Shown: one piece after another, positions 39,926 through 49,559 of the stretch
Position numbering within the stretch: position 1 is the stretch's first letter
Layout: every line of letters starts with the position of its first letter
NCBI GenBank assembly: GCA_030693235.1
Contig: JAUYBE010000016.1
Coordinates: forward strand, 101,917-160,059
DNA: 58,143 nt
Direction: 5' to 3'
Source of the DNA: a bacterium
GTDB lineage: Bacteria > Patescibacteriota > Minisyncoccia > UBA6257 > UBA9933
Position numbers and translations under genes: made by a program
The notes under the pieces: model-generated
Told to the model about the DNA's origin: nothing
Seen by the model: the letters and a program-made list of their open reading frames with translations, nothing else
The model's database searches: none

Positions 39926-39952
39926 AAAGCCTTGACACTGTCAGGGTTTTTT
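39926..39952 (+). terminator. Terminator hairpin containing a TTGACA
   Basis: AAAGCCTTGACA-C-TGTCAGGGTTTTTT. Confidence 0.6.
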
Positions 39953-40161
39953 ATAATAATTTAATTAACTTGTGGCTTTCCCCTGATTGGCTGGGCGCGA
40001 TTGTGAAGAAAATCATAAGAGGTTATCGACGCGATTGCGAAGAAAGTCGCAAGAAGCACATTAATAAAAATTTAGAAAAAGGGGGTGAAAAATCAATTTT
40101 AGTTAGTTAAGGAAAATTTTTTATATTAACAATTTCACCAAAATAGAATAAGGAGAAATTC

Positions 40162-40395
40162 ATGGAACCAGCTAATGGGAGAGGCGAAAATCTGGTCAGA
40201 ATCAGAATCAAGGACGCTCCGGAAACAAGATGTTGCCCGAAATTGCACAAGTTTATAGGCATGACACGAAACGCAATCGCTACGCCGGCAGGACTTTATG
40301 TTTTTTATTTTACCGCCTCAAATGGAAATGGATTTGGCGGCATAATAACCGAGCCGCATCAGATTGCGTCGCATTTGGTAGAAGTACTCTCCTAA
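40162..40395 (+). CDS. Hypothetical protein
   Basis: AAGGAG SD; followed by hairpins and a terminator (40481-40519). Confidence 0.5.
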   Translation: MEPANGRGENLVRIRIKDAPETRCCPKLHKFIGMTRNAIATPAGLYVFYFTASNGNGFGGIITEPHQIASHLVEVLS

Positions 40396-40595
40396 ACCTA
40401 TGGCGGGCGTGGCCTTACCTCGAGAGCGCGCCGTAGTCGAGAGCAATAAAGGTCCCTCCTACCTTTAGCTCTTGCTTTTGGGCAGAGTTCTTTCTTCAAG
40501 AAAGAGCTCTGCCTTTTTTATTTTTTCAGTTAAAGGCTGATTCGCCTCGGGCGAAAAATAATCTTAAATTAATTAAATTTTTATATTCTGATATT

Positions 40596-40633
40596 TTACT
40601 ATAGTATCTCACGATCGTAGGATATCATAGTAA
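40596..40633. repeat. 38-bp CGATCG-core palindrome, site D
   Basis: TTACTATAGTATCTCA-CGATCG-TAGGATATCATAGTAA. Confidence 0.75.
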
Positions 40634-40705
40634 ATTAAAAACAAACCAAATAAATCTAAAAAGTAGAAATTTGACAGCCGATTAAAAATTACTATAATTT
40701 ATAAG

Positions 40706-42544
40706 ATGAAAACCTTGTCAAAAAATGTTTTTTGGGCGATTACAACGCTTCTTTTAATAGCGTTTATTTTTTCGTTCTTTTACGCCGAACAAAAACAGCC
40801 TGTGGTTTTAAGCATTGACCAACTGGTTTTAAAAATTAACAGCGGTGAAATTTCAAAAATTATCGTCAACGGCAATAATTTGGAAATTGAACTGAAAAAT
40901 AACGACAAGGCGGTTTCCAAAAAAGAAACCGAAGCCGGACTTTCGGAAACTTTAAAAAATTTCGGCGTTAATCCCGAAGCGCTTCAAAAAGTTAATCTGG
41001 CAATCAAGGAAGAATCTGGTTTCCGCTACTGGGCGAGCATTCTTATCCCCTCTCTTTTGCCGCTTCTTATTATCGGCGTCTTTTTATGGTTGATGTTCCG
41101 CCAGGCCAAAACCGGAATGAGCCAGGCCTTCACTTTCGGCAAAGCCAATATTAAACTTTTTTCCCAATTCAAGGACCAAATTACTTTCAAAGACGTTGCT
41201 GGACTGAAAGAAGCCAAAGAAGAATTGCTGGAAGTGGTTGATTTTTTGAAAAATCCGAAAAAATATCTGGAAATCGGCGCTAAAATCCCCAAAGGAGTTT
41301 TGCTTTTTGGCGCGCCGGGAACGGGAAAAACACTGCTTGCGCGCGCCGTAGCCGGCGAAGCCAATGTGCCGTTTTTTCATATTTCCGGTTCGGAATTTGT
41401 GGAAATGTTTGTCGGAGTTGGCGCCAGCAGAGTCAGGGATTTATTCCAAACCGCCAAAAAAGCCGGTCGGTGTATTATTTTTATTGATGAAATCGACGCC
41501 GTCGGCCGCGAGCGCGGCGCCGGCTTGGGAGGCGGAAACGACGAAAGAGAACAAACTCTTAACCAAATCTTGGTTGAAATGGACGGCTTTGAAAGAAACG
41601 ACGAAAGAATAATTTTGGCGGCGACCAATCGCCCGGATGTCTTGGATTCGGCGCTTTTGCGCCCCGGCCGATTTGACCGCCGGATTATTTTGGACTTGCC
41701 GGACATTAATGACCGCGAAGAAATTTTGAAAATCCACAGCCGCGGAAAAATTTTATCCAAAGATATTAATTTAAGAAAAGCCGCGGAGCGAACTCCGGGA
41801 TTTTCCGGAGCGGATTTAAGCAATTTAATGAACGAAGCGGCGCTTTGGGCCGCCAGAAAAAACCGAAAAGAAGTTGTCCAGCAGGATATTTTTGATTCAA
41901 TTGAAAAAGTTTTGCTCGGTCCCGAGCGCCGAAGCCGAGTTTTATCAGCGAAAGAAAAAGAAATCATCGCTTATCATGAAGCCGGTCACGCCTTAGTGGC
42001 GGCCAGCCTGAAAAATGCCGATCCGATCCATAAAGTTTCCATCGTCGCCCGCGGCCGGGCCGGCGGTTATACTTTAAAACTTCCGATTGAAGAAACTTAT
42101 CTGCGAACCAAATCGCAATTTATGACCGATTTATCCATGATGCTCGGCGGTTATATCGCCGAAAAAACGACTTTTGGCGATATTTCTACCGGCGCTTCCA
42201 ATGATCTACAGAACGCTTCCGAATTAGCGCGGAAGCTGGTCACTAAATTCGGGATGAGCGAAAAACTCGGGCCGATTACTTACGGCAAAACAGAAGAATT
42301 GGTTTTCTTGGGCCGCGAAATCACCGCCGGAAAAAATTATTCCGAAAAAATCGCGGGGGAGATTGACAAAGAAGTCAAAGCCCTAATTGACAAAGCCTTT
42401 GAAACCGCCAAAAAAATCATTATTTCCCGAAAACACGTTCTCAAAAACATCGCTCAAGAATTAATCGAAAAAGAAACCCTGGAAAGAGAAGCATTTGAAA
42501 ATCTGATAAAAGGATTTAAACTTAAGCCGATAGCGATTCAATAA
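40706..42544 (+). CDS. ftsH: ATP-dependent zinc metalloprotease FtsH
   Basis: Two TM helices, [29 protein letters not shown]. Confidence 0.97.
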   Translation: MKTLSKNVFWAITTLLLIAFIFSFFYAEQKQPVVLSIDQLVLKINSGEISKIIVNGNNLEIELKNNDKAVSKKETEAGLSETLKNFGVNPEALQKVNLAIKEESGFRYWASILIPSLLPLLIIGVFLWLMFRQAKTGMSQAFTFGKANIKLFSQFKDQITFKDVAGLKEAKEELLEVVDFLKNPKKYLEIGAKIPKGVLLFGAPGTGKTLLARAVAGEANVPFFHISGSEFVEMFVGVGASRVRDLFQTAKKAGRCIIFIDEIDAVGRERGAGLGGGNDEREQTLNQILVEMDGFERNDERIILAATNRPDVLDSALLRPGRFDRRIILDLPDINDREEILKIHSRGKILSKDINLRKAAERTPGFSGADLSNLMNEAALWAARKNRKEVVQQDIFDSIEKVLLGPERRSRVLSAKEKEIIAYHEAGHALVAASLKNADPIHKVSIVARGRAGGYTLKLPIEETYLRTKSQFMTDLSMMLGGYIAEKTTFGDISTGASNDLQNASELARKLVTKFGMSEKLGPITYGKTEELVFLGREITAGKNYSEKIAGEIDKEVKALIDKAFETAKKIIISRKHVLKNIAQELIEKETLEREAFENLIKGFKLKPIAIQ

Positions 42545-42558
42545 GTCGTTATCCGTTT

Positions 42559-42635
42559 GCGCCCGTAGCTCAACTGGTTAGAGCACCGAGCTTATACCTC
42601 GGCGGTTCTTGGTTCGAGTCCAAGCGGGCGCACCA
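42559..42635 (+). tRNA. tRNA-Ile(TAT)
   Basis: GCGCCCG/CGGGCGC-ACCA; anticodon arm CCGAG-CTTATAC-CTCGG; GGTTCGAGTCC. Confidence 0.92.
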
Positions 42636-42639
42636 AATT

Positions 42640-43218
42640 ATGGAATCTCTTTTAACGAATTTCTCCGAAACCCATCGAATTATTTCTTATTTGATTATCG
42701 CGCTGGCAATCTTGATCGAAGGCGAAGTTGTCCTTATTTTGGCAGGCATTTTATCCCACAAGGGACATTTAGATATTTTTAATGTGATACTCTTTGCTTT
42801 TGCGGCCGCGGTTATTCACGACTTAATTTACTGGTCAATCGGCAAAAAACTTTCCGCTTCGGGCAAAAAAAAGTTTTTATTTATTAATCTGGAAAAAATA
42901 AAAGGGTTTTTAGAAAAAACGAAAATCAACAACGGCTTATATGTTTTTATTTCAAAATTCACCTGGAATTTAAACCGAATAATGCTTATAACAAACGGCT
43001 ATTTAAAAATGCCGATAAAAGAATTATTGCGTTACAGCATTCCAGCTTGTTTAATTTGGTCAATCACCTTTGTTTCAATCGGTTATGTTTTTGCCTTTGA
43101 AACCGACGTTCTTAAAAAAGACATAAAAACCGCGGCTCTTCTCTTAATGAGCTTTATCATAATAATAGTTATTCTTGAAAATATTCTTAGGAAAATAGTT
43201 GAAAAAAAGAACAAATAA
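42640..43218 (+). CDS. DedA family membrane protein
   Basis: 'EGEVVLILAG', 'DLIYWSIG', 'SKF..LNR'. Confidence 0.82.
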   Translation: MESLLTNFSETHRIISYLIIALAILIEGEVVLILAGILSHKGHLDIFNVILFAFAAAVIHDLIYWSIGKKLSASGKKKFLFINLEKIKGFLEKTKINNGLYVFISKFTWNLNRIMLITNGYLKMPIKELLRYSIPACLIWSITFVSIGYVFAFETDVLKKDIKTAALLLMSFIIIIVILENILRKIVEKKNK

Positions 43219-43384
43219 GTAGCATTACCGGGTAATGCGATGAAACCTACATTCTTGACAAAAAAGCGTTAAACATGTGAAACATCGGTGTTTTGCCAAC
43301 AGGCGGGTAAGCAGATGAAATCTACGTTTTTTGAAAATTGCTGTTTTTGATGTTGGTCGTGAAACATTTTGAAACAAAACAAAA

Positions 43385-43768
43385 ATGACTTATAAAACTA
43401 ATTTGGGCAATTTTGGAGAAGATTTAGCTTGCAAATATCTTGTGGATAAGAATTATAAAGTTATTGAACGCAATTTTCGGAAGCCGTGGGGAGAAATAGA
43501 TATTATCGCTAAAGCGCCTGATAAAACTTTGGTTTTTATGGAAGTGAAAACCCTTCGACAAAGCTCGGGACTAGCAAAAGAAGAGCAACTCCAGCCAGAA
43601 GATCAACTTACCCGCTCTAAGCTTCAAAAACTAAAAAGGGCCGCTTCTTTATATGCCGGCCACCGGCAAGAATTAATTAAAGATGAAAGGGGATGGAGAA
43701 TTGATTTAATAACCTTGACAATTAAAGAAAATCGTTGTGATATAAAACATTACGAGAATATTACTTAA
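43385..43768 (+). CDS. yraN: YraN (UPF0102) family putative endonuclease
   Basis: GNFGEDLA, ERNFR..GEIDII, LVFMEVK, WRID. Confidence 0.88.
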   Translation: MTYKTNLGNFGEDLACKYLVDKNYKVIERNFRKPWGEIDIIAKAPDKTLVFMEVKTLRQSSGLAKEEQLQPEDQLTRSKLQKLKRAASLYAGHRQELIKDERGWRIDLITLTIKENRCDIKHYENIT

Positions 43769-43774
43769 GAATAT

Positions 43775-43812
43775 TCAGTCAACAGTCGCGCGATCGCGCA
43801 ATTGTTGACTAA
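43775..43812. repeat. 38-bp CGATCG-core palindrome, site E
   Basis: TCAGTCAACAGTCGCG-CGATCG-CGCAATTGTTGACTAA. Confidence 0.75.
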
Positions 43813-43824
43813 AATTATTAAAAT

Positions 43825-44289
43825 TTATTGTTTAAATTTTAAGACCCTTTCATTTTCTTTTTCGCCATATTCAAATTTTATCCAAACCAAATCTTTCGGC
43901 AAGATTTTTTTTATTCTTTCCGGCCATTCTATTAAAAGAATATTCTCGGGATTATTCAAAATCTCTTTTAATCCCAATCCTGATAATTCTTTTGGCTCTT
44001 CAATTCTATAACAATCAATATGATAACCCAGTTTATAGCTTTTAGCTTTTAGTTTATAGCTTTTGGCGATAACAAATGTGGGGCTTGTAATTTTTCTACG
44101 TACACCTAAACCCCTCAAAAACCCCTGAACAAAAGTGGTTTTGCCAGAACCTAAATCACCAGCCAGCGCCAAAACCAAGGCGTTTTTGAGATTGCTTCGC
44201 TTTCGGCTCGCAATGACAGACGCCAAAAGACCGGCGAATTTTTTGGTCTGCCCGGAAGAATTTGTTTCTAAAAAAATATGCTGCGGCAT
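43825..44289 (-). CDS. tsaE: tRNA t6A biosynthesis ATPase
   Basis: GDLGSGKTTF, SPTF, HIDCYR, IEWPE. Confidence 0.93.
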   Translation of the reverse strand: MPQHIFLETNSSGQTKKFAGLLASVIASRKRSNLKNALVLALAGDLGSGKTTFVQGFLRGLGVRRKITSPTFVIAKSYKLKAKSYKLGYHIDCYRIEEPKELSGLGLKEILNNPENILLIEWPERIKKILPKDLVWIKFEYGEKENERVLKFKQ

Positions 44290-44326
44290 TTTATTTATGT
44301 ATTACTTTAAATTACGAAGCGCCCTT

Positions 44327-44393
44327 TGTCATTGCGAGCGAAACGAAGCAATCTCAATTAAGATTGCCACGGGCTAAAGCCCTCGCAATGACA
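44327..44393. repeat. REP/RPE-like palindrome pair
   Basis: TGTCATTGCGAGC...GCAATC / GATTGCC...CTCGCAATGACA. Confidence 0.75.
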
Positions 44394-44399
44394 CCAATA

Positions 44400-44939
44400 T
44401 CATTCCGATTCTAATAATAAATTAAATTTTTTGAAAATAAAAACAAAAACAAAAGACAGCGCTAAAGCCAAAGAAAAACCGACAAATAAATTAGTAAAAT
44501 TAAAATTGGTTTTATTAAGAGGGCCGGACAAATTTCCAACATCTTGAACCACAGCAGTGTTTTGAGTTGCCGCAATGCCGGTTTCCCCCATCGCGGCTTG
44601 ACCGGCAAAAATAAACCGGCCGTCATTTTGGCGAATCAAACTCTTGCCCTCGGCCGCGCTGCCAACATATTCCGCCTTATCAACCAAATCACCGCTCGCG
44701 TCATAGAGAAAAAGCGTTTCGCCATTATTGTTTAAAGAAATTTTTGTAATTTTATAATCGAAAGTTAAATACTCACCGGAATTAATTGTAACCTGCTTGA
44801 AAGAAAATGTTTTGCCTGAAGCGTCTTTAATCTGCCAGCCGCCGAGATCGACCGCGGCATTGGCGTCATTAAATAATTTTATCCATTCGCCATCGGTATC
44901 TTTGCCGACAGGATTGGGAAGAAACTCGTAAATTATCAT
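44400..44939 (-). CDS. Lamin-tail-domain protein with C-terminal TM helix
   Basis: 'IYEFLPNP.G.D..EWIKLFN', 'VDLGGWQI.D', 'LNNNGE'. Confidence 0.8.
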   Translation of the reverse strand: MIIYEFLPNPVGKDTDGEWIKLFNDANAAVDLGGWQIKDASGKTFSFKQVTINSGEYLTFDYKITKISLNNNGETLFLYDASGDLVDKAEYVGSAAEGKSLIRQNDGRFIFAGQAAMGETGIAATQNTAVVQDVGNLSGPLNKTNFNFTNLFVGFSLALALSFVFVFIFKKFNLLLESE

Positions 44940-45913
44940 AATCCCAAATGCTTATACGCTTTCTCTGTTGCCACTCTTCCGAGCGCGGTTCTTTGTAATA
45001 AACCGATTTTTATCAAATACGGTTCATAGATTTCTTCGATTGTCCCTTTTTCCAATCCTAAAACCGCGACCAAAGCATTGACTCCAACCGGCCGATTATT
45101 GAATTTTTTAATAATCGTTTCCAACAAGCGCCGCTCGTAAGATTCCAACCCAAGCGAATCGATTTCAAAAAAATTTAAAACTTCATTAATAATGCTCGTG
45201 TTAATGGTTTTTAAATTATTAACCTCGGCAAAATCCCTGACGCGCTTCAATAATTGATTGGCCGCCCGGGGAGTAAAACGCGAAACCCCGGCCAAAGCAG
45301 TGGTTGCTTCCGGATCAAGTTTTATTTCTAATAACTCCGCGGACCGTTGAATAATTATTTCAATTTCTTTAATGGCATAATAATCAAAATGGAAAATCGC
45401 TCCGAAGCGCGAACGAAGAGGGTTGGACAGCAAACTTGGCCGCGTAGTGGCGGCAATCAAAGTAAAAGCCGGAAGATCTATCGAAACCATGCGACTTCCC
45501 AAGCCCTTGCCGATTACCAAATGAAGCTTGCGCGATTCCATCGCCGGATAAAGAATTTCCTCAATCGACCGATTAAGCCTGTGAGCTTCGTCAATAAAAA
45601 GAACATCCCGCTCTTCCAAACTTGAAAGACATGCTGCTAATTCGCCTGCTCTTTGCAAAGCCGGACCGGCGGTGATTTTTAATTCAGCGCCCATTTCTTT
45701 AGCAACCAAAGTCGCCAAAGTGGTCTTGCCCAAACCGGTCGGTCCGTAAAAAAGCAGATGGTCTGCCGATTCTTTTCTTTTTTTGGCGGCCGTTAAAATC
45801 AGATTAAGATTTTTTTTAATCTTTTCTTGCCCAATATAATCCCGCCAGCCGGTCGGCCGCAAAATTTTATCAATAAACCGGTCTTCGGGTTTTAAATTAA
45901 CGGCTCTTGACAT
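44936..45913 (-). CDS. ruvB: Holliday junction branch migration helicase RuvB
   Basis: LRP..YIGQ, GPTGLGKTTLA, FIDEAHRL, PLRSRFG, EPYL. Confidence 0.95.
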   Translation of the reverse strand: MSRAVNLKPEDRFIDKILRPTGWRDYIGQEKIKKNLNLILTAAKKRKESADHLLFYGPTGLGKTTLATLVAKEMGAELKITAGPALQRAGELAACLSSLEERDVLFIDEAHRLNRSIEEILYPAMESRKLHLVIGKGLGSRMVSIDLPAFTLIAATTRPSLLSNPLRSRFGAIFHFDYYAIKEIEIIIQRSAELLEIKLDPEATTALAGVSRFTPRAANQLLKRVRDFAEVNNLKTINTSIINEVLNFFEIDSLGLESYERRLLETIIKKFNNRPVGVNALVAVLGLEKGTIEEIYEPYLIKIGLLQRTALGRVATEKAYKHLGL

Positions 45914-45950
45914 GTTTAATAATATATGCTAACATCAGTCCCATACAAAG

Positions 45951-46058
45951 ATTGCCTAATCCTGTGGGCAAATTAAGGAATTTTTTTTAGATTCGGACGG
46001 CTTGGTCTTGGCTGGGCCCATCCTCGAAGAAATTTTTAAGCCCGCAGAATTAGGCGAT
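45951..46058. repeat. Long imperfect inverted repeat (MITE-like hairpin)
   Basis: ATTGCCTAATCCTGTGGGC ... GCCCGCAGAATTAGGCGAT. Confidence 0.55.
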
Positions 46059-46060
46059 TT

Positions 46061-47770
46061 TTATTTCAAAAAAATTATCGGCCCGGTTATTCCTTCAACT
46101 TCTTCTAAAGTCGTGATTCCGGAAATCGTTTTTAAAATTCCGTCCTGCTGCATCGTTACCATTCCTTGTTCCAAAGCGAATTCCCTGAAAGCCCCTTCGC
46201 CGGCCTGCTGATTAATTAATTCTTCCAGGGTTTTATGCGATGACAAAACGCTGTGACCCTGATCATTTAGAAAAAATTCGTAAATCCCGATTCTGCCTTT
46301 ATAACCCGTCCCATTGCATTTTTCGCAGCCAACCGGTTTGAAAATTTTAATTTCCTTAAAATTATTTCGACTTACTCTTTCCGGAAGATTATCCAAAAAT
46401 TTTTGAATTTTATCTTTTAAATCATCTCCTGTTTCTTGCAAAACCTTACAATTTTGGCAAAGCTGGCGGACCAGCCTTTGAGCGATAATCAAATTAAGCG
46501 CCGGTCCGATACTGGTGGATTTTACTCCCAAGTCCAAAAGCCGAGGAATAGCGCCGCTGGCATTATTGGTATGTAGGGTTGAAAACACTATGTGTCCGGT
46601 CAAAGCGGCTTGAATGCCGATTTCCGCGGTTTCTTTATCCCTCATTTCTCCCACCAAAATCGCGTCCGGGTCCTGACGCATCAAAGAACGCAAGCCATTC
46701 TCAAAACTATAACCGGCTTCTTCGTCAACCTGAGTCTGTTCAATTCCTTCAAGATGATACTCGATCGGGTCTTCAATGGTTATTATTTTGATTTCTGAAC
46801 TCTTTTTGTGCTTCAAAAACGCGTAGAGGGTGGTGGTTTTTCCCGAGCCTGTCGGTCCGGTGTTTAAAATCATTCCATTGGGCCTTTTAAGTTCGGTTTT
46901 TATTATTTCCAAATCGTCTTCTCTTATTCCAAGATCGGACAAAGAAAGATCAATCGCGTCCGGATCAAGAAGCCGCATCACCGCCACTTCTCCGAATTCC
47001 GACGGAGCGATCGCCACCCTCACTTCCACGTTTTTCTCCGGCAAATTTATGGTAAACCGGCCGTCCTGGGTTTCGTCGTGAATGTTGATTTTTAAACCCG
47101 AGAGAATTTTGATTTTAGTAATTAGATGTTCATAAATATCCTTTTTTAGTTCATTAAAAACATCATGAAGCAAGCCGTCGATTCTCAGTCTTAATTTAAC
47201 AATCCGCTCGCCGGGCTCAAAATGAATATCCGACGCCCGATTAGCCAAGGCGCCGGCCAAAATAATTTCCAAAACTTGGGAAGCGTGAATGGTTTCAGTA
47301 TTTAACGGCTGGATTGAAATCTTAATGCTTTCCAAGGAAATTAAAATATTTTTTAACTCCGAAAACTTTTTCTCTTCAATCCTCACTTTGCCGGTAATCT
47401 GCTCTTTTTGTTCTGAAACAAACCGGTAAAAACTTAAAACATGATTTAAACTTTTTGGGGAAACGATAAAAATCAAAGGCTCATATCCTTTTTGTTTTAA
47501 TTCTTCAATAGCCTTTTTTGCCTGTTCTTTGGTCGGGTCAAAAACCGCCAAAGCCACTTTTTTCTCTTTGATTTCAAAGGCCGCTAATTTTGCCCTTCGA
47601 GCTGTTTCTTCCGGAATCAAAGCTATGGCCTCGACATTGATCGGACTGGTAATTAAATCGGCGCAAGAATGGCCTGTTTTGTCCGCTCTTCTTTGAGCGT
47701 CGCGCTCTTCAGCCTCAGCCCTTAACTGTTCCAGTTTTTCTTTGACCAAAGATTTTTTTGACTGGTCCAT
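46061..47770 (-). CDS. pilB: Type IV pilus assembly ATPase, GspE/PilB family
   Basis: ASDIHFEP, GPTGSGKTT, TIEDPIEY, RQDPD, TGHIVFSTLH, two CxxC. Confidence 0.88.
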   Translation of the reverse strand: MDQSKKSLVKEKLEQLRAEAEERDAQRRADKTGHSCADLITSPINVEAIALIPEETARRAKLAAFEIKEKKVALAVFDPTKEQAKKAIEELKQKGYEPLIFIVSPKSLNHVLSFYRFVSEQKEQITGKVRIEEKKFSELKNILISLESIKISIQPLNTETIHASQVLEIILAGALANRASDIHFEPGERIVKLRLRIDGLLHDVFNELKKDIYEHLITKIKILSGLKINIHDETQDGRFTINLPEKNVEVRVAIAPSEFGEVAVMRLLDPDAIDLSLSDLGIREDDLEIIKTELKRPNGMILNTGPTGSGKTTTLYAFLKHKKSSEIKIITIEDPIEYHLEGIEQTQVDEEAGYSFENGLRSLMRQDPDAILVGEMRDKETAEIGIQAALTGHIVFSTLHTNNASGAIPRLLDLGVKSTSIGPALNLIIAQRLVRQLCQNCKVLQETGDDLKDKIQKFLDNLPERVSRNNFKEIKIFKPVGCEKCNGTGYKGRIGIYEFFLNDQGHSVLSSHKTLEELINQQAGEGAFREFALEQGMVTMQQDGILKTISGITTLEEVEGITGPIIFLK

Positions 47771-47894
47771 CCCAATAATTATAAAACATAAAAAACCAAA
47801 AAGAAACATTGCTTGACAAATTAATAAGATTGTGTATCATAAAAGAGGTTCTTTGTAAGCTGAAAAATAAAAAAATCAAATAGGAGGTGACGCG

Positions 47895-48455
47895 ATGAAA
47901 ACGAAAAAATTGTTAGTAGCTTGTGGTTTGTTGTTTGTTGTTGGTTTGACTGGCTGCGCCGCTATAGGCACCGGGCCGCAAAACGAACGCGAGGCATTTC
48001 CGCTTCGCAATCAGGATCCGCGAATTGGGCTGATTATTAATCAAGGGTCTGCTCATCTAAATCTTTTTATTTACGATGAGGCGGACCGGCTGATTGAACA
48101 GGTTTATGTTGCGGGTGTTAATCGTTATTTGGAAATGAACGGCCAGAACATCCCAAGATATTGGGCAAGACTACTGGCGATTGGACAGTATCGGGTGGAA
48201 ATTTTTCCGTTTTATTACAAAACGGACATTGTCGCTCCCTTGTTCGGAAAACCCGGCCGTTATCGGGTTGATTTACCTAAACAAACAGTCAGACTTTGGG
48301 TCAACAATAATCCGACCACTATTTGGTACGGGGGTCGCCACTGGGCTTGGATTCTTTATCTGAACGCTGGCAACATTCCCGAGACTGCCCACGGATTGCC
48401 GGGGATTAAGTTTAACTTCCAAGGCGAGGCCTGGAAATTGATTTTCGGAGAATAA
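47895..48455 (+). CDS. Hypothetical lipoprotein-like protein
   Basis: Lipobox LTGC; AGGAGGTGA SD; upstream TTGACA-16-TATCAT. Confidence 0.7.
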   Translation: MKTKKLLVACGLLFVVGLTGCAAIGTGPQNEREAFPLRNQDPRIGLIINQGSAHLNLFIYDEADRLIEQVYVAGVNRYLEMNGQNIPRYWARLLAIGQYRVEIFPFYYKTDIVAPLFGKPGRYRVDLPKQTVRLWVNNNPTTIWYGGRHWAWILYLNAGNIPETAHGLPGIKFNFQGEAWKLIFGE

Positions 48456-48478
48456 GAAAACAAAAGGAGGTGTTTAGA

Positions 48479-48952
48479 GTGAAAAAGTTATTGATTGCTT
48501 GTTATTGGTTGTTTGTTGCTTGTTTAGTCGGCTGCGCAACTCCTGGCGCTTGGTGGGAACCTGATACGCCCTTGGTAATTATTCATAAATATGATTACCA
48601 GGCGCAACCTCAACCCACTCCGCCCGGAGCACCACCCTTACCGCCGGGTTATGGTCCACCGCCGATTGATTATCAAACTATTTATCAGTCGGCATGGGAT
48701 AACTTTACATTGGTCATTTTTAAAAACGATTCTTATCGAAGGGTAAGAATTGAAATTGCTGGCCAGAAGCCGATTGTCCTGGCAGCCTACGGCGCTACCG
48801 CTGACCTCCACTTCGGAGTCGGCGAGCACCGCGTCAGAGTGATAATTGAAAAACCCACCGCCAGCCATAGCATATGGGAAATAGTGCGGTTTTTCAAAAT
48901 CTACATCCGACCCGAAGGCCGCTCGCAAATATTTCATATTTATGATTATTAG
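48479..48952 (+). CDS. Hypothetical lipoprotein-like protein with a Pro-rich linker
   Basis: Lipobox LVGC; AGGAGG SD; GTG start (48470 or 48479). Confidence 0.65.
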   Translation: MKKLLIACYWLFVACLVGCATPGAWWEPDTPLVIIHKYDYQAQPQPTPPGAPPLPPGYGPPPIDYQTIYQSAWDNFTLVIFKNDSYRRVRIEIAGQKPIVLAAYGATADLHFGVGEHRVRVIIEKPTASHSIWEIVRFFKIYIRPEGRSQIFHIYDY

Positions 48953-49061
48953 CGAGCGCCAATCGCCGGATATCGCCCCGCCTTCGTTTTTTAACAAAAC
49001 GATGCGCGGGGATTTTTTATGGGCTTATTGTATATTATAAAAATTTCGGTAGGATACGAGT

Positions 49062-49559
49062 ATGAAAATTCTCGGCATTGATCCCGGGTCAACGCGAGTT
49101 GGCTATGGACTGATAAAAAAAGAGAAGAACGAATTAAAATTTCTCGACTCGGGAATTTTAAAAATATCTTCAAAAGACAAAAACCAAAGACTGGTGGAAC
49201 TGGAAGAATCGTTTTTGGAATTATTAAAAAAAGAAAGGTTGGATTTGGCGGTTTTGGAAAAGCTTTATTTTATGAGAAACTTGAAAACCGCGCTGGAAGT
49301 TGCCCAGAGCCGGGGGGTCTTGACATTATTAATCGTTAAACACAAAATACCCCTATTGGAATTTACGCCCTTGGAAATCAAGCAAAATGTCAGCGGCTAC
49401 GGAGCGGCTGACAAGAAATCGGTTGCCAAGGCGGTAATGAAAATTTTAAACATAAAAAAAATCCACGGCGGCGATGACGCGGCCGACGCATTGGCCGCGG
49501 CCATCGTGGGGAGCAACCATACTAAAGGTCGTTTGAATGAAATTTTAAAATTAATATGA
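49062..49559 (+). CDS. ruvC: Holliday junction resolvase RuvC
   Basis: ILGIDPG, AQSRG, GYGAADK, DDAADALA. Confidence 0.94.
   Translation: MKILGIDPGSTRVGYGLIKKEKNELKFLDSGILKISSKDKNQRLVELEESFLELLKKERLDLAVLEKLYFMRNLKTALEVAQSRGVLTLLIVKHKIPLLEFTPLEIKQNVSGYGAADKKSVAKAVMKILNIKKIHGGDDAADALAAAIVGSNHTKGRLNEILKLI

Noticed and set aside
41026-41967. Long antisense ORFs within ftsH (and similar ones within rpoB, rpoC, pnp and murE)
   Set aside because: Shadow frames of conserved genes.
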